This document shows positions 38,268 to 50,863 of a stretch of DNA of 64,000 nt, piece after piece. The stretch is from contig OZ287074.1 in the NCBI GenBank assembly GCA_965645245.1, positions 1,922,001 through 1,986,000 on the forward strand. The letters run 5' to 3'. A program made the translations under genes and the position numbers. The notes under the pieces were generated by a model. That model ran no database searches. It had not been told where the DNA came from and saw only the letters and a program-made list of their open reading frames with translations. The stretch comes from Massalongia carnosa. Taxonomy: Eukaryota. The stretch's first letter is position 1, and each line of letters begins with the position of its first letter.

Positions 38268-39636
38268 ATGGAGGAGCTGTTAGGATACCCATCATCATTC
38301 AGATCGCTCAAAAATAGGCGGCTTCTACCGGTAAAGCTTCCGCCTACAGCACCTTCGATACTTGATAAAATGCCCAACGAGATTCTCCAAGTTTTTCAAA
38401 TACTTTGAAATAGTTCGACAACTAGCTTTTTCATTAATTGCCTAAGTGTCTGCCGCCGATGGAGCGAAATCGGTGCCGGGGCGCTTTGGCAAGACATTAT
38501 TTTGACAAGAGACTCAATCGACACTTTCACAAGGCATCTTTCAGCTCTCCGCACCTGTCCCCGTGCCCGGAGCCTCACCGTGAGGCTTCAATTTAAAGTG
38601 CCGACGGCACAAGAGTTTGGGACGGACCTTGCGCATAAACGTTCCAGCCGGTCCGAAGATGAATCCCAGAACAAGCCGGATGAGAACTTTCATAGAGTAG
38701 TTAGTATCGAATGACTATTCATTTCCACTCTTTGACAACCTTTTCTCTGCGACTAGAGAAAAGCCTAGCCGTGCCAGCCGGCTCGCGAGATCTAGGATTT
38801 GAAGACTATTTTAATTGCGGTCTCATCGGTACGTTTGTACAGGCCCTTACACCATTATGCTCAAGCCTTGAACGCTAGACTGATATTACTATGCTAATGG
38901 GGGGAAGCCACAAGAGCGTTTGTGTTGCGCTATACAGTCAACTCTTCCTCAGCTGCAACATCTTCGTCTCTGCATGCGTTGCTGTTTTCCAGTCTATTCG
39001 ATCCAACGCACGATGATCAGCTTACTATCAAGAGCGGGCCTGTCACTCAAGACCCACGCTTCAGTTTCTAAACCCCCAATCTTCAGATGCTATTCATTCC
39101 CATTGACCTTGACCTAAGGATGGGAAATCGGCTTCGTGCATGCTGAATGGAAGTCTCCACAGCGCACTCATGGCATTAAGCCGTCATAACCCTAAAAACC
39201 TTCGCTTTGTCCTGGCTGGTGCGCTCCGAAATGTCTTTGATCAAAGCACCTTTCCCGCCATTAAACGACTTGAGATTCTCAACATTCGCAGCTGCACCAC
39301 CAATAGAGATGCCCAGTTCTCACGCCAGGACATCCTCGCTAATGAGACTATTATTTATCTACTTCATTTTTTTAGTTCTAAAGACGAGAATTCCTCTTCC
39401 AATCCGGGGGGTTCTTCGCCTACTTTACAGAACACCGAGAAGTGAGGTTCGGTATTCTACACGCTATCGAGCAAGAGGTTGAGAACGCATGGTATACCAC
39501 CAGCAACGGTAGCCGCTTCCCATCTAAATTTAGGCGCTCAGATGAAGCAGCTTGCGCAGGATTCAAATGGCTACCGTCCGGTGTGCAGGATCAGCAAGAA
39601 TTCAACTGCGAAATGGATTCGCGTTGGCGGAGCTAG
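38268..39636 (+). pseudogene. F-box protein pseudogene
   Basis: LDKMPNEIL..VF followed, after a frameshift, by CLSVCRRW..LW; downstream frame fragmented (LPQLQHLRL etc.). Confidence 0.72.
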
Positions 39637-40046
39637 TTTTCGCAATGGATAGGACATGACTTTCTGGCAAAAACGACGGAAAATTGGTCATGGCCGAGGT
39701 CTGGTTGCCAGACGAGAGCTAAAAGGATGATTGGCTGTGAGTAGGAGGCCTTCGGAGAGTGATGAAATAAATGCTCTTAGAATGATCCGGGAATGGCAAC
39801 GTATCAACTAGCCAACATTCAAAATGCTGGGCAATATGTATGTAGACTATACGCTGCCAACCTCTCCGACCCTCTGGTTGGCGTTTAGCCTATTCATCTG
39901 TGACCGAAAGGAACCTCTTTGATTTGTTGTGCCTTGGATCCAACATAATCTACTGCCGGATGGACGGCAACCAACCCACCACTTCGTGTTTTAAGATTAC
40001 CGTTAGTGAAGAACATAATGAGTAGAAGGCGACGGAAAAGGCATCC

Positions 40047-41933
40047 CTATAGAATATGTGGAAAATAATTGCTCCAATCCGGAAGCTCGAAAGCGCCTTG
40101 GGGAAGGTGCGCTACATTTTTGAAACACTCGATTACCAGATACGCCCGTGCAGACAAATAGGTCAAACCTAGCGCGGGCAGCAGCGCCATGAAGCATAGA
40201 TACACTATGGCTGTAACCACAATTTCAAGCCAAAGCAGGATAGAAGGTCGACTTAACTGCTGTTGAGGCCTTTTCAAAGTAGCGAGAGTCGCGATCCCTT
40301 CGAACCCTCGCCGCGCGGCCGGGGTACGGCAATAGAGAACCAGAGGCCCGAGTAACAAGCCTGTCAGCGTTACCGAAGATGCCGAGACGCGCCACATTAT
40401 AGCCTCTAGGCGCGTTCCAAAAGGAGCGTTCCACCCAAGAAGATGGAGTCCGCCGTAGAGCGCACTCGATACCGCAAAGCCAAGCCAAAGTTCCAGAGGA
40501 GAGTGTTGGTCCCGTTCGCCGTCCAGCGGTGATGGGAAATTTTGGATGCGTGGCTTCACTCGTGGGATCAAGGCCATGGCGTCTGTTTGGTGCCGTGTGT
40601 GTAGCTCTTCCTCAAGATGATATTGGGCTATGGCGCGGTATGCAAGGCGCCAACGGGCTACGTCAACCGGCGAAAGGTGCTCGATTGTTGTATTGCGTGT
40701 GCTAAGACCAGCGGGGATCAGGAAGCCTTGTGAGAGGAACCAAAGCTTGAAGTGGTATCGCTTGGAGGTCGCGGGATAGCGACGTAGCGTATATTCGTAC
40801 GTGGCAAAGTGGTCGCTGGGAGAATGTATTCTTGTCGGCGAACAGTCCGTTGGTGGAGCGGGGTCGTGGTTTTCAACAGTGTTGGATTGAGTTTGTGAAT
40901 CAAATATGTTTGGGGGAGCCGTCAAGCCAGAGCTGAAGAAGCTCAAATCATCAATTACTGGGTCTCGATAGGGCCATATGCAGTCAAACTCGTCTCTTAT
41001 GGAACCCGAAATGTCATAACCTCGATGTCCCTTAGCGCTGATCTTAGAAGACATCCACAGATAGGCGAAGAGCGGAGATAAGTTTTCCTCCTGAATCAAC
41101 GTCGGCTCCTCAACGTCTAGCGGTTTGTGCCACCATAGCATGTAAATCAGCAAGGTGCACAAGGCATGGCCGAACGTGTTGAGCTCCAATAAGCTAATCG
41201 GGAGTGCTTTCGCCAGTCTTGACATACACTGGATGCAGAACCACAGAGCTTGCGTACACACGAGGAATTTCTTCAGTCCATCAGCCTTACTTTTATCTTT
41301 GATTTGGTCTTCTGAGATATCTGGAAGAAATCCAGGTTCGTGCTTCAACAAAAATCGGATTCCCTCCGGTGTGAGAGCAGCACGGAGCCGAGATTTTGGA
41401 AGGAACAGCTCATCAGAAGCGCTGCTGTCCAACGCAAACCCTCCCATGGCGGCGTAAAAGCCATGGACCAACGTCCATTGAGATCTATAGCTCTGCTTCG
41501 AAGGTTGGGAGCGCCGCGGCGAACTCGGACTTGAGCCCGGACCGTACCGCAATCTTAATATACCATATAGCCAAGCTTTAAACCGTCTGAATATCGGCTG
41601 CGATGTATCCTGCCCTAAATGGAGTCTGACATCACGAAGTAGCTTTCCTGCCTCTCGACGCTGATGCCATGCCACGTAAGCCACGATCTCAGGCGCAGCT
41701 AAGCCCAGAACGAGCCATTTCGACTTTGTCCACAACTTCCGTTGAGTTTTCGTGTGCTCTGGTAGATTAAGATGTACTGCGGTCCATACGCAGAGAGAGA
41801 TGGTGATGATGCAAGTAGACAGAATGCCCCAGGTTCCTCGATATCCTGGCTCGGGCTTCCATACGGGTGTTGGGCTCGCGGTAGCATTACCAAATACGAC
41901 TACCATATCAAAAAAAAGACCGAAATGTAGCAC
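40047..41933 (-). CDS. Uncharacterised multi-pass fungal membrane protein
   Basis: 628-aa ORF with WKPEP..RGTW.ILSTC, HLNLP, HGFYAAMGGF, DKSKAD, LELNT, WWHKP, YGGLH..W motifs of a widespread fungal family; start uncertain. Confidence 0.85.
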   Translation of the reverse strand: MLHFGLFFDMVVVFGNATASPTPVWKPEPGYRGTWGILSTCIITISLCVWTAVHLNLPEHTKTQRKLWTKSKWLVLGLAAPEIVAYVAWHQRREAGKLLRDVRLHLGQDTSQPIFRRFKAWLYGILRLRYGPGSSPSSPRRSQPSKQSYRSQWTLVHGFYAAMGGFALDSSASDELFLPKSRLRAALTPEGIRFLLKHEPGFLPDISEDQIKDKSKADGLKKFLVCTQALWFCIQCMSRLAKALPISLLELNTFGHALCTLLIYMLWWHKPLDVEEPTLIQEENLSPLFAYLWMSSKISAKGHRGYDISGSIRDEFDCIWPYRDPVIDDLSFFSSGLTAPPNIFDSQTQSNTVENHDPAPPTDCSPTRIHSPSDHFATYEYTLRRYPATSKRYHFKLWFLSQGFLIPAGLSTRNTTIEHLSPVDVARWRLAYRAIAQYHLEEELHTRHQTDAMALIPRVKPRIQNFPSPLDGERDQHSPLELWLGFAVSSALYGGLHLLGWNAPFGTRLEAIMWRVSASSVTLTGLLLGPLVLYCRTPAARRGFEGIATLATLKRPQQQLSRPSILLWLEIVVTAIVYLCFMALLPALGLTYLSARAYLVIECFKNVAHLPQGAFELPDWSNYFPHIL

Positions 41934-42808
41934 CTGAATCTCAAATTCTATATGCCTTTAAGAACAAACAAAAAATATAATTTCCGCTATCAAATCCAAC
42001 GGCTCTCCTGTCCGGAGTACATAATAGCGGTACTTCCATACCTTTTAAACGTTAAAGTCAGGCTGTACAGGGTAGGAGTCCAAGGCGTGACAAGCTGTAG
42101 TGCAATGCAGTGCCGCGTGCATGAACGACATGGCGAATGGGGATGAAGAACCGACGAGTTGTTCCAAGGATTGACTATGCACAGCCTGTAAAATCCTACC
42201 ATGCAGAGTCTGAAGTACTCCCAACAGCACAGCCATTCAGTTTGCAATGCAGTTAACCGCAAACTCCTACCGACTTGCTACCTACAGAGTACTCTGTGTT
42301 ACAGAGTAGACCTAAAGCTTATTAGTCCGACCTCCTTAAAACAAACATCACGAATCGGTTTTAGCGCGCGCGTGCAACTCTATTTCTGGTAAAGTTGAAA
42401 CTGCGTCAGCGACTTTGATCGCCAATGATATCCCATATACATAACCGTGGTTAAAGGACAACAATCACTTATTGAATAAAGAGAACGTCGTAAGGCTGCG
42501 CCAGCAAATTCAGCGTACACCACGAACAACATTCATCAAGACACTATCAGAACTAACAGCAATATTACAGATTTGCGGAAAGCAATGACGATGATATTTT
42601 CACGAGTTCATGGCAACGGAAAAAAAGACGCTTGACTACTAAAGGGTATGAAGGATTAGAAGGACACGAAAAAAAAGCCTTCGCGAAAACCCCTTCTCGT
42701 ATACAATGCAAGGATCCATTTACGACCTGACTACCATTCCGGTACCTCCCTCAATAGACAATATTGTTCCCTGTATCTTCCAAGGCAACGACCTTGCATC
42801 ATTAATAC

Positions 42809-43626
42809 TTAACCATGTGCGTGCACCACGGTACGCCCGCTGTTATGCCATGTTGCGAGTTTAGTGCCGCAATGGCCACAGGAATGTTCGACATCCTTCA
42901 AACTGCGCATCATGAAGGGAATACATCCGAGACAGAAAACAAAGCAGATAACGGCAGCCCAGGCCCTAGAAGGTATCAGTACCAAATTCTATCAAACCAC
43001 CCTTAAAGGGCATGAAGGCCAAAGCAAGTATTTAAGCCAGCAAAGGGATACGCACATGGTGGTGTTCCCGGACACGTAAGTTACCCTCGTCACATGTCTT
43101 GTGCGGCAGCTCGGGCAGTCCACAGGCGCAGGACCTTCTTGAAGGCTTTGGAGAGGAGTGCTGGTGTGGTATTGGCTTGGCGGTGGTGCTAGTGCCTGGG
43201 GGACCTGCTGCGGTGGTAGGGACTGCACGGGTTGTGCGCCGTAGTACGAAGTCTCTTGCTTGATTTGTGCGGGAGGAGAGCCCATAGGTGACTGTTGGTA
43301 TTGACCCTGCTGGTTGGGGACTTGGTTGATTTGGTAGCTGCTATAGGGAATTGTGAACGCCTTTCTTTCTGACCGAAAAAAATAACTTAAGGAAGGTAGA
43401 TCCATCAACAGAGGGCTTCAAGGCGACGTACTCATGGTGCATCATGGGCTGCGGTGGAGCTTGCCCATACGCAGCTGCCGGGGGCTGTCCTCCAAATTGC
43501 GGGGCAGACTCGTAGGGAGGCACTTGTGCTGGAAAGGCCAAATGTCAGCGCTGCGATTCTTTCAAGAGGTATTCTTCTTGTTGGGCTGGGGTACGTACTA
43601 GTACCGACTGCTGCAGATTTCTCCAT
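42809..43626 (-). CDS. LITAF-domain (zf-LITAF-like) protein, multi-exon
   Basis: Pro/Gln/Tyr-rich N-terminus; PAPVDCPSC...hydrophobic segment...DVEHSCGHCGTKLATWH; stop at 42809. Confidence 0.88.
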
Positions 43627-45049
43627 TTCGACACAAGGTAGTAATATGCAAGAGGCCTCAGGCTAGGCGTATGTACTCAACGGTTGAAAGGAGAGTGATT
43701 CGAGTATTCAACGATGAATATAAAAACCTGCTGCACTCGTTCTGTACGTCGATTGGAAGATTATTTACAACGGCAAGAGCGAAGGTAGAGCGTCTGCACG
43801 CCTGGGGTATATATGAAAAGGGATGAATAGGCCATCCTCAATCTCTCAGCCTCGCTCAGCCCTGTTGGCTGAAATTGAAGTCCAGAGAGACGGGCCCCTT
43901 GAATACATCCCTGAACTGTAACCCTTCCGATTAGGCCAAGCTGCCAATTTAGGCATGGCTAAACGGACGGATGGGCAAACCTTTAGCTAGAGTTTAACTA
44001 GCGAGCAGGCTTTAATTAGCAGCCTACATACTTACATACCATGCATGGCCCTGTCATGGTAGGCAAGCAACAGAGAGGGTGGTGTGAAAGGGGTTTAGAG
44101 CCGTCAGCAAAGCCTGTCGCAAATGGGGCGTTTCGTGTTGCTTCTCCCACACCGTACGGAGTACGAAGTACTCCTTCTCTCTACGCTGGGGAGGCTTATC
44201 GGCAACGACTGAGGGAGAGGGATTAAGCGGGACGAATCACCTGCAGCGCCAGTTCACTAGATTGGATTTTGCTGCGTGGCGTTCGGAAATTGGGGACATT
44301 TCGTACTCTGTACGATTGAACCAAAATCCCATCGGCGGTATATTTTAGATGTCCTTCGTAGGTACTTGGAGAACCTGCGTAACTGTGACTCTCTGCTTTG
44401 CTGTGCCCCAATCAAAAAAAGAAAAGGAAAGGGTTTGGGATTTTCGGGGATTCGTCACTCAGCTCAGGGGGCTTGCGGCTTTAACTAGTTGGTTAGTTCT
44501 TCCTGTTTGGGTTTAGTCAGTCAGGGTAACTAAACCAAACCGACTAGCATTGGGGGAGGGGCGGTTCCGTTAACTACCGAGTACGGAAGTACAAAGTACA
44601 AAGTACCGAGGTCTGAGATGGAGGGGAGGACTGTTGGCGGGCCGATTGGAATCGGCGATGGGGAAAGGGGGTTCGGAAAGAGGGCATCTTCAGCTTTGTG
44701 GTTTATGTACAGACTTAAAAGACACTAGATCTTCGAGGTCTGCTTGTACTCTTGTACTCTGTGCTCTGTCCTCTGTACACAGTAATTAGTTGGCAGCAAG
44801 ACCTCCCCCCAGCCATCTTCTAGTACTTAGGTAGTTAATTAACTAACCTTCCCCCACTGCAAAGTACTCCGTACCACCACGCTTTTCCTCTAACACCGGC
44901 AGGAAATGAAACAAATTACCCCCATTTCCCGCTCCCGTCAGCATGAGGATATCATGAGGAAAGTAGAACTCTTTGGTGATTGTGTTGAGGTGGTGGGTAG
45001 GTAGGTAGGTATTTAATACGGTACGTAGTTACTTACGGATACTGACGTA

Positions 45050-45685
45050 GTCTGTAATCGTGCTAGACCACTTTCGGAATGCAGAGAGCACCCTCAGTGC
45101 TTACGCGCATTTTTCAACACCTCAACATTTAAAAATTCAGATCTTTATGAAAAGACGTCCAAATAGCTTCATTCCGGGTTCAAAATCTACGGCTCAGTCT
45201 GTTCTACTAACGGGCCCTGCCCTATAAAAATCGGACGTTGTCTAACTGGGTTGATAAGGCCTTTTTCCCCTTATTAGCCTCCCTTTGTTCCTTTCGTCTA
45301 GCCTTTTCTTCTTCTTTTTTTTGACGAGTTGAACATAATTCTCTACATTGACTGACTTTTATGACTCTACCCTTTGCAGCTACCTGACCCCCGAGAGCGG
45401 CCCGACTTTTACGCGATGTGGTGGCTTTTTGCACTTGCTGAAGGTCCCGCGTAGTCAAATCTAGGGTGTTGGCGGAGGTGATGGAGGCCCTAATAAATTT
45501 CTGAAAACCGTCCACTGTTTTTTTATTCATCCATCCACCGATCGGCCCGGCCGCGGTCAATGCCCTTTGCAACTTGTGACCGAATTTTCTGATCGAAAAT
45601 GCGTCTTTGAGCCGGTAGCGTCTTTGAGCCGGTAAGCACTGAGGTGCTCTCTGCATTCCGAAAGTGGTCTAGCACGATTACTCGG
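45050..45685 (-). mobile_element. Non-autonomous pogo/Fot1-like deletion derivative (636 bp)
   Basis: ~50-bp TIRs GTAATCGTGCTAGACCACTTTCGGAATGCAGAGAGCACC at 45054-45104 and 45632-45681; TA flanks at 45048-45049 and 45686-45687. Retains only a basic transposase-like C-terminal fragment. Confidence 0.85.
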
Positions 45686-46132
45686 TAAATCAAATAATCG
45701 ATCATGCGATACTAATCCTCGTCTGCCCTAAAGTTATTATCATCAGCCTTTTTCTCTGTAACCATCCCGACTACGCGCCTCGAACGCGAAGTGTGAAGTG
45801 TGAAGGACCACGAGCGGCTCCAGACTACCCAATTATCCAACTATCTATGCGTAGAGAGCTGCCGTGTCTCGGTCCCCTGATAAGTTCACGTTGACTTTGC
45901 ATATCTTTGCATATCTAGGCAGTTAACCCGCCCGAGATCGTCGGTAACTACTGGTTAACTTATAGGTAATAAGGGATGCCCTTCCATTCCGAATGTGGTT
46001 AGCACGGTTATCGAGTCCTTCGAGCCTGTGGCGGTCTTTTCCGTCCGCCCTTTTGTTCCCTGAGCCGAGGATGGAAAACTTGGGTTCTAGCCGAGCATAT
46101 CCTTTCGTCCCGTTCTCCTTACGGGCTGTATA

Positions 46133-48470
46133 CCGTATAATTTCCCATATAAGCGCGTATAGCTAAGATGACTGAACCGAGGTGATTTTGAACGGGGGTT
46201 TATAGCCAAAAGGGGTTAATAGCCAAATCATTTTTATAGTCAAATAGGGGCTTATAACAACGGGTGAAAAAAAAAAATTTCCCGCCACCCCCCAATACAT
46301 TTTCTCTTTTTTTGATCATTGCCCTTCCTATACATTGCCCTTCCTATACATTGCCCTTCCTATACATTACCCTTCCTATACATTGCCCTTCCTATACATT
46401 GCCCTTCCTATACATTGCCCTTCCTATACATCTCAATATGGCCCCCCCACATATATCTCCTAAAAAGACTCCTACCGGTCCTCGTACAAAATCAGTTGTT
46501 TCCAGAAGCTTATGGGCATCAAGTGTCAAAAAATCAGGCTATTCACAGTCATCTCAGACATCTTTCGGAGACAATACTCAGATAACTGAACAGTTTCGTT
46601 TGATACGTGAATCGGCTGATGACGTGTCTAATAGAAATTCGGATGATGAAATCACTCGTCGAAGAAAATCCTACACACGAGAGAATAAGTTAGCTGCTAT
46701 CAACTATGCTACAACAACTTGAAAGACTCAAAAAGACGGAACTCTTAAGCTTATTAGTAAATACGCAGCTGCAAAAAATCTAGGAATTGATCTAGCTATG
46801 CTACGTAGATGGTTAAAAACAAGCTCCGTAATCGAAAACATGAGTACTGGAATCAGAAAAAACAGACCTCTCAGTACTGGCTGTCAGGAACCGGAGTTGG
46901 AAAGACAGCTGATTGAGCTGTTTAAAGACAAAAGAGAAGCTGGAATGAAGGTTGATAAAAGATGGATTATACGTCAGGCAAAACATATATATGCCGAGTT
47001 GTATCCACATCGAATTATTCGAAAAGCGGGGAAAAGAGATGAGTATCTAGGCTTCAAATTCTCTGTTGGGTGGTTTAATAACTTCAGGAATCGAGTCGGT
47101 ATTTCTCCACGAGCAGTTACCAAAAATCACAGATAGTTTCCGAGAATTTGCGGTCCACTATTGAAAGTTGGCTGCAATTCAATCGACGTAATTCTCAGCC
47201 CTTAATAGGTCAAATTCCACAGCACGGAGTGGGAAGATATCGTCTTTGTGATATTGGTAACATGGATCAAACCCCAATTGCGTACGAATTTCTGGACGGA
47301 CATACCTACGACTTCAAGGGGGCTAAAACGATATGGGCCAAGACGCATAGATCGGGATGGGATAAGAGACAAGCTACACTAATGATATACGTCTCTGCTG
47401 ATGGGATAAATCGTTGCAAACCGCTTCTTATCTTCAGGGGAAAAGACGGAATCAAAAACAGTCGTATAAAGAAGGAGATAAGTCAGTATCATACAGGGGT
47501 GTCGGTCCAATGGAATGATACTGCATGGAGCAATACCACGGTCATGATTCGATGGCTAAAACATCAATATAAGTACGCTACCGTCGGATTCGTCAATCGA
47601 GATGCTCGAGATGCTACACCTCGATTGTTGACTTTAGACGTATTCAGAGGACAGAAAACCGACGAGGTATGCTTTTAATCTGATAAGATAACAATTGATT
47701 AACTGACTGATTTGTAGGTTCGAGATGCTTTTCGAGAGTTGAATATTACCCCTTCCTTTATCCCCTCGGGCTGCACCGGCTACGTTCAAGTTTTGGACGT
47801 AGCAGTCAACAAACCCATTAAAAATCGAATAAAGGAGCTGGCCGACATGCATTTCGACATGCATTTCGAGCAATGGAATCAGGGAAAATACACTGTGGGG
47901 GATCGTCGAATCATGCTTACTCAATGGGTTGGACAAGCTTGGAAGGAATTTCATGAAGAAAGCTCCGATGTAATTCGTCGAGCGTTTAGAAAATTAGGAC
48001 TTTCTCTGGCCATAGATGGATCGGAAGATGACGAATTGCATGTAGAAGATCTTCCGGGCATTGAGGTGGGAAATTGGAGACGAAATAACGAGGAAGAAAT
48101 AGAGACAGCTGAGAGAATAGATGAGAGGGCAGATGAGGGGACAAATGACGAGACAAATAAGGTAGTTATGGATGAGAATATTAGGGGGGGATACGAGTAT
48201 GTTTTAAGAGATGAAATAGGGTCGAATATTGAGGAAAACGATGGCGGGGAAGATAATAGCGGCGACAGCGAGATGGATGAAGAATAATAGGAAGGTACTT
48301 CAAATTCAGTGAGAATTACTAGGAAAATTAAGTACCTCTATATCTTCTTAAGAATTAGGAGCTTATAGCCCAATACCCCCCCTCGGTCTGAAAATTCAAT
48401 TTTAGAACACAGGCTTATAGCCGAAAAGGGGTTAATAGCTAAGTCCAGGCTTATATGGGAAATTATACGG
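46133..48470 (+). mobile_element. pogo-type transposon (CENP-B HTH + DD35D), defective
   Basis: 22-bp TIR CCGTATAATTTCCCATATAAGC with TA TSD. Transposase 46438-48287 has NMDQTP, LTLDVF, QVLDV; intron 47667-47717; stop at 46720; frameshift at ~47125. Confidence 0.95.
46317..46430. repeat. 16-bp tandem repeat (CATTGCCCTTCCTATA) x~7 in the transposon 5' region
   Basis: Directly visible, ending just before the transposase ATG. Confidence 0.96.
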
Positions 48471-49476
48471 TACTGTGTGCTACGGATATTACAGTAAATG
48501 ATTGATGGACGTGCTTAGACGTTAACTGTCATGATCCCTGAACGCGTTGATTGCTCCCCGAACCAACTTGATCCGGGAGGAGAAGCGGGATGGGCAGAAA
48601 GGAGAGGAAGAATTGCATTGACACCTCTCGTTAAGTCTTCCTCGCATCCCAGAAATTTGCATAAGGGGTCTCGTTCTGTCTTTGCTTCCTCTATCCAGAT
48701 AGAGTACATATTCCCTCGACCTGCGTGCCTACTTCGTTGTTTTTATCATTATCAGGAAACCAACCTGCCCAGCCTTGCGACACCCAAGGGCCTGGGTAGA
48801 TGGAGTAGATACAGAGGTTCCAGCCAGGTGCTTGTGTAATATGGCTTGGATAATGGCCCCTGGTTAACTAGAGCATGCCATCCATCTTGACTCCGTATCT
48901 CTGCTCTCTGCATGCACTTCTCACATGCTAGTTGTCGTTCTCCACTCGGATCTTTCTGTCTGGGGATGGAATACCTGCACCCAGCAGAACATCGTGAAAT
49001 GTGCTTGGAAAGCTAGAGCGTATCTTGTGGCTCAGGATTCAACTTCAGACGGGGGCATGTGTCATGGTGATGGCCGTTGAAAAGAACAAAATACGATCCC
49101 AACGCCCGGGTCCTAGGCGAGTTATTTTGATCGATGTTGTCTGTTTGTGAAGATTTGATAAAGTGTTGATCCCAGGCCCGTTTAGTGCTCAAGTCTCTGT
49201 CAAACTCCTGGACTGACTAAGTGTTATGCACGTGATTTCACCACAACACGCTGGTCATTGGTTTTCTAGTTTGTCGGCCTCTATTCTTGCTCATGGCCAA
49301 CGAGCCTCTCCAAATGTATCGACGACTCGAATCGGGACGACATACTGCATGGCTGCTGCAGGCCATCTGCAAGATGCCGTCAACGTGATCTCATGACTTT
49401 CATATCTACAACTGTCGGGTTTTCTATCTGCAGCCTGAGCATCAATTTCCAGCTCCTCAAAGTTCACCGTTTTACA

Positions 49477-50772
49477 ATGTATCGGCATGTGTGGTCTTCG
49501 GTCCTTCAGTTCTATGACTATTTTGTCACCCATATCACTCCAGGCCCCCAAAGCACTAGCTATTTCGTTGCTATGCTTCTATTGCCCACTTCATTACTCA
49601 TTCCACCGTCTACGTTATCCCACAAACAGCTGTGTGGCCTTTTTCTACCGCTCATTTACGCGTGCCAGTTGCACTCATTCATTCAAATGCGTGCTGTAGA
49701 CGTGCTTGGTGTGGATCTTGCTCTTTGGAGTTTCAATTTCCTGGCCTTTCGAGATCCTCGAAGAACATTTAAGCGAGTACGGATGAAGGAAAAATCGGAA
49801 GAAGCGTATCCTTCCAAGTTATCTTCACGCATTTCATGGGTTCTTACGCTAATGGTCTCCTTTCGGTACTCCACCTGGAAGATTGGGGAGCCATCTCATG
49901 ACCGCACTCAACCGCCTAAAACGTTGGATCGAGCGGTTTATCTCAAACATGCATTCAGAACAGTGGCGCAAAGCTATTTTTTGTTTGATCTAGCATCTTC
50001 CTACGTGCAAACCGATCCATACTTTAAATACCCGATGGGGATAGACGCAGCATTTCCGAATCCCACTGTGGCGACGCCTAGGATTCTTGCGTTGCTAAGG
50101 CGGCTACCCCCTCGTTTCGTTCGAGCTTCTACTATCGCAGCGCAACTCTACTCTGCAGTGTCCTTAATGTTCGCTCTCCCAACCATGCTCGCGGTAGCTC
50201 TCCATGTCATAGGTGTTCTGCCTGTGTTGGAAGAATGGAGCCCACATAATTGGCCCCTCTTCTTTGGGTCATTCTCAGTCGTATCGAGACAAGGACTCCG
50301 AGGCCTCTGGGGATCTTGGTGGCATCAGACGAACAGGCAACTCACTTCGACACCGGGGCGTGCGTTGAATGGCTTTTTGGGAATACCGACGTCTTCAGCC
50401 ATGGGCTACACCAGCCTTGTAGTCTCGGCTTTTTTCTTTTCGGGGGTAACTCATATGGGACTCGTACCACCCGAGCCATTGCGTACCACGGTTTCGGCCA
50501 ACACGATGAGATGCTACATCGGAGCGTTTTTCTGGGCACAGATACCTGGCTTTGGGATTGAGCTCGTAGGTGAAAGGGTTTTTCGGAAGATTTTTTTCAA
50601 ACCGCCTCAGCCGATTATTGAAATCCTCGTGCTGTCCTGGACCGTAGCGTGGCTTTGTTTGACGCTTCCGCTTTTGGGTGTTCCTTTTAGAGAATTGGGG
50701 TATTGGGAAGGCTACCCTGTACCGATAAGTCCAATTCGAGGGTTTCTAGGTAATGGGTGGACGACTTGGTGA
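49477..50772 (+). CDS. Membrane-bound O-acyltransferase (MBOAT_2/wax-synthase/TRI7-like)
   Basis: Hydrophobic ORF with WPLFFGS...LRGLWGSWWHQ and AFFFSG..H motifs. Confidence 0.87.
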   Translation: MYRHVWSSVLQFYDYFVTHITPGPQSTSYFVAMLLLPTSLLIPPSTLSHKQLCGLFLPLIYACQLHSFIQMRAVDVLGVDLALWSFNFLAFRDPRRTFKRVRMKEKSEEAYPSKLSSRISWVLTLMVSFRYSTWKIGEPSHDRTQPPKTLDRAVYLKHAFRTVAQSYFLFDLASSYVQTDPYFKYPMGIDAAFPNPTVATPRILALLRRLPPRFVRASTIAAQLYSAVSLMFALPTMLAVALHVIGVLPVLEEWSPHNWPLFFGSFSVVSRQGLRGLWGSWWHQTNRQLTSTPGRALNGFLGIPTSSAMGYTSLVVSAFFFSGVTHMGLVPPEPLRTTVSANTMRCYIGAFFWAQIPGFGIELVGERVFRKIFFKPPQPIIEILVLSWTVAWLCLTLPLLGVPFRELGYWEGYPVPISPIRGFLGNGWTTW

Positions 50773-50863
50773 TTAACGAAGTAGCAAAGACGTATTCAGC
50801 TGCTCATAGGAGCTATTTCTCAGATTTAAGCCATTGGCTTGCGAAGCCATCTTATGGCTTCCA

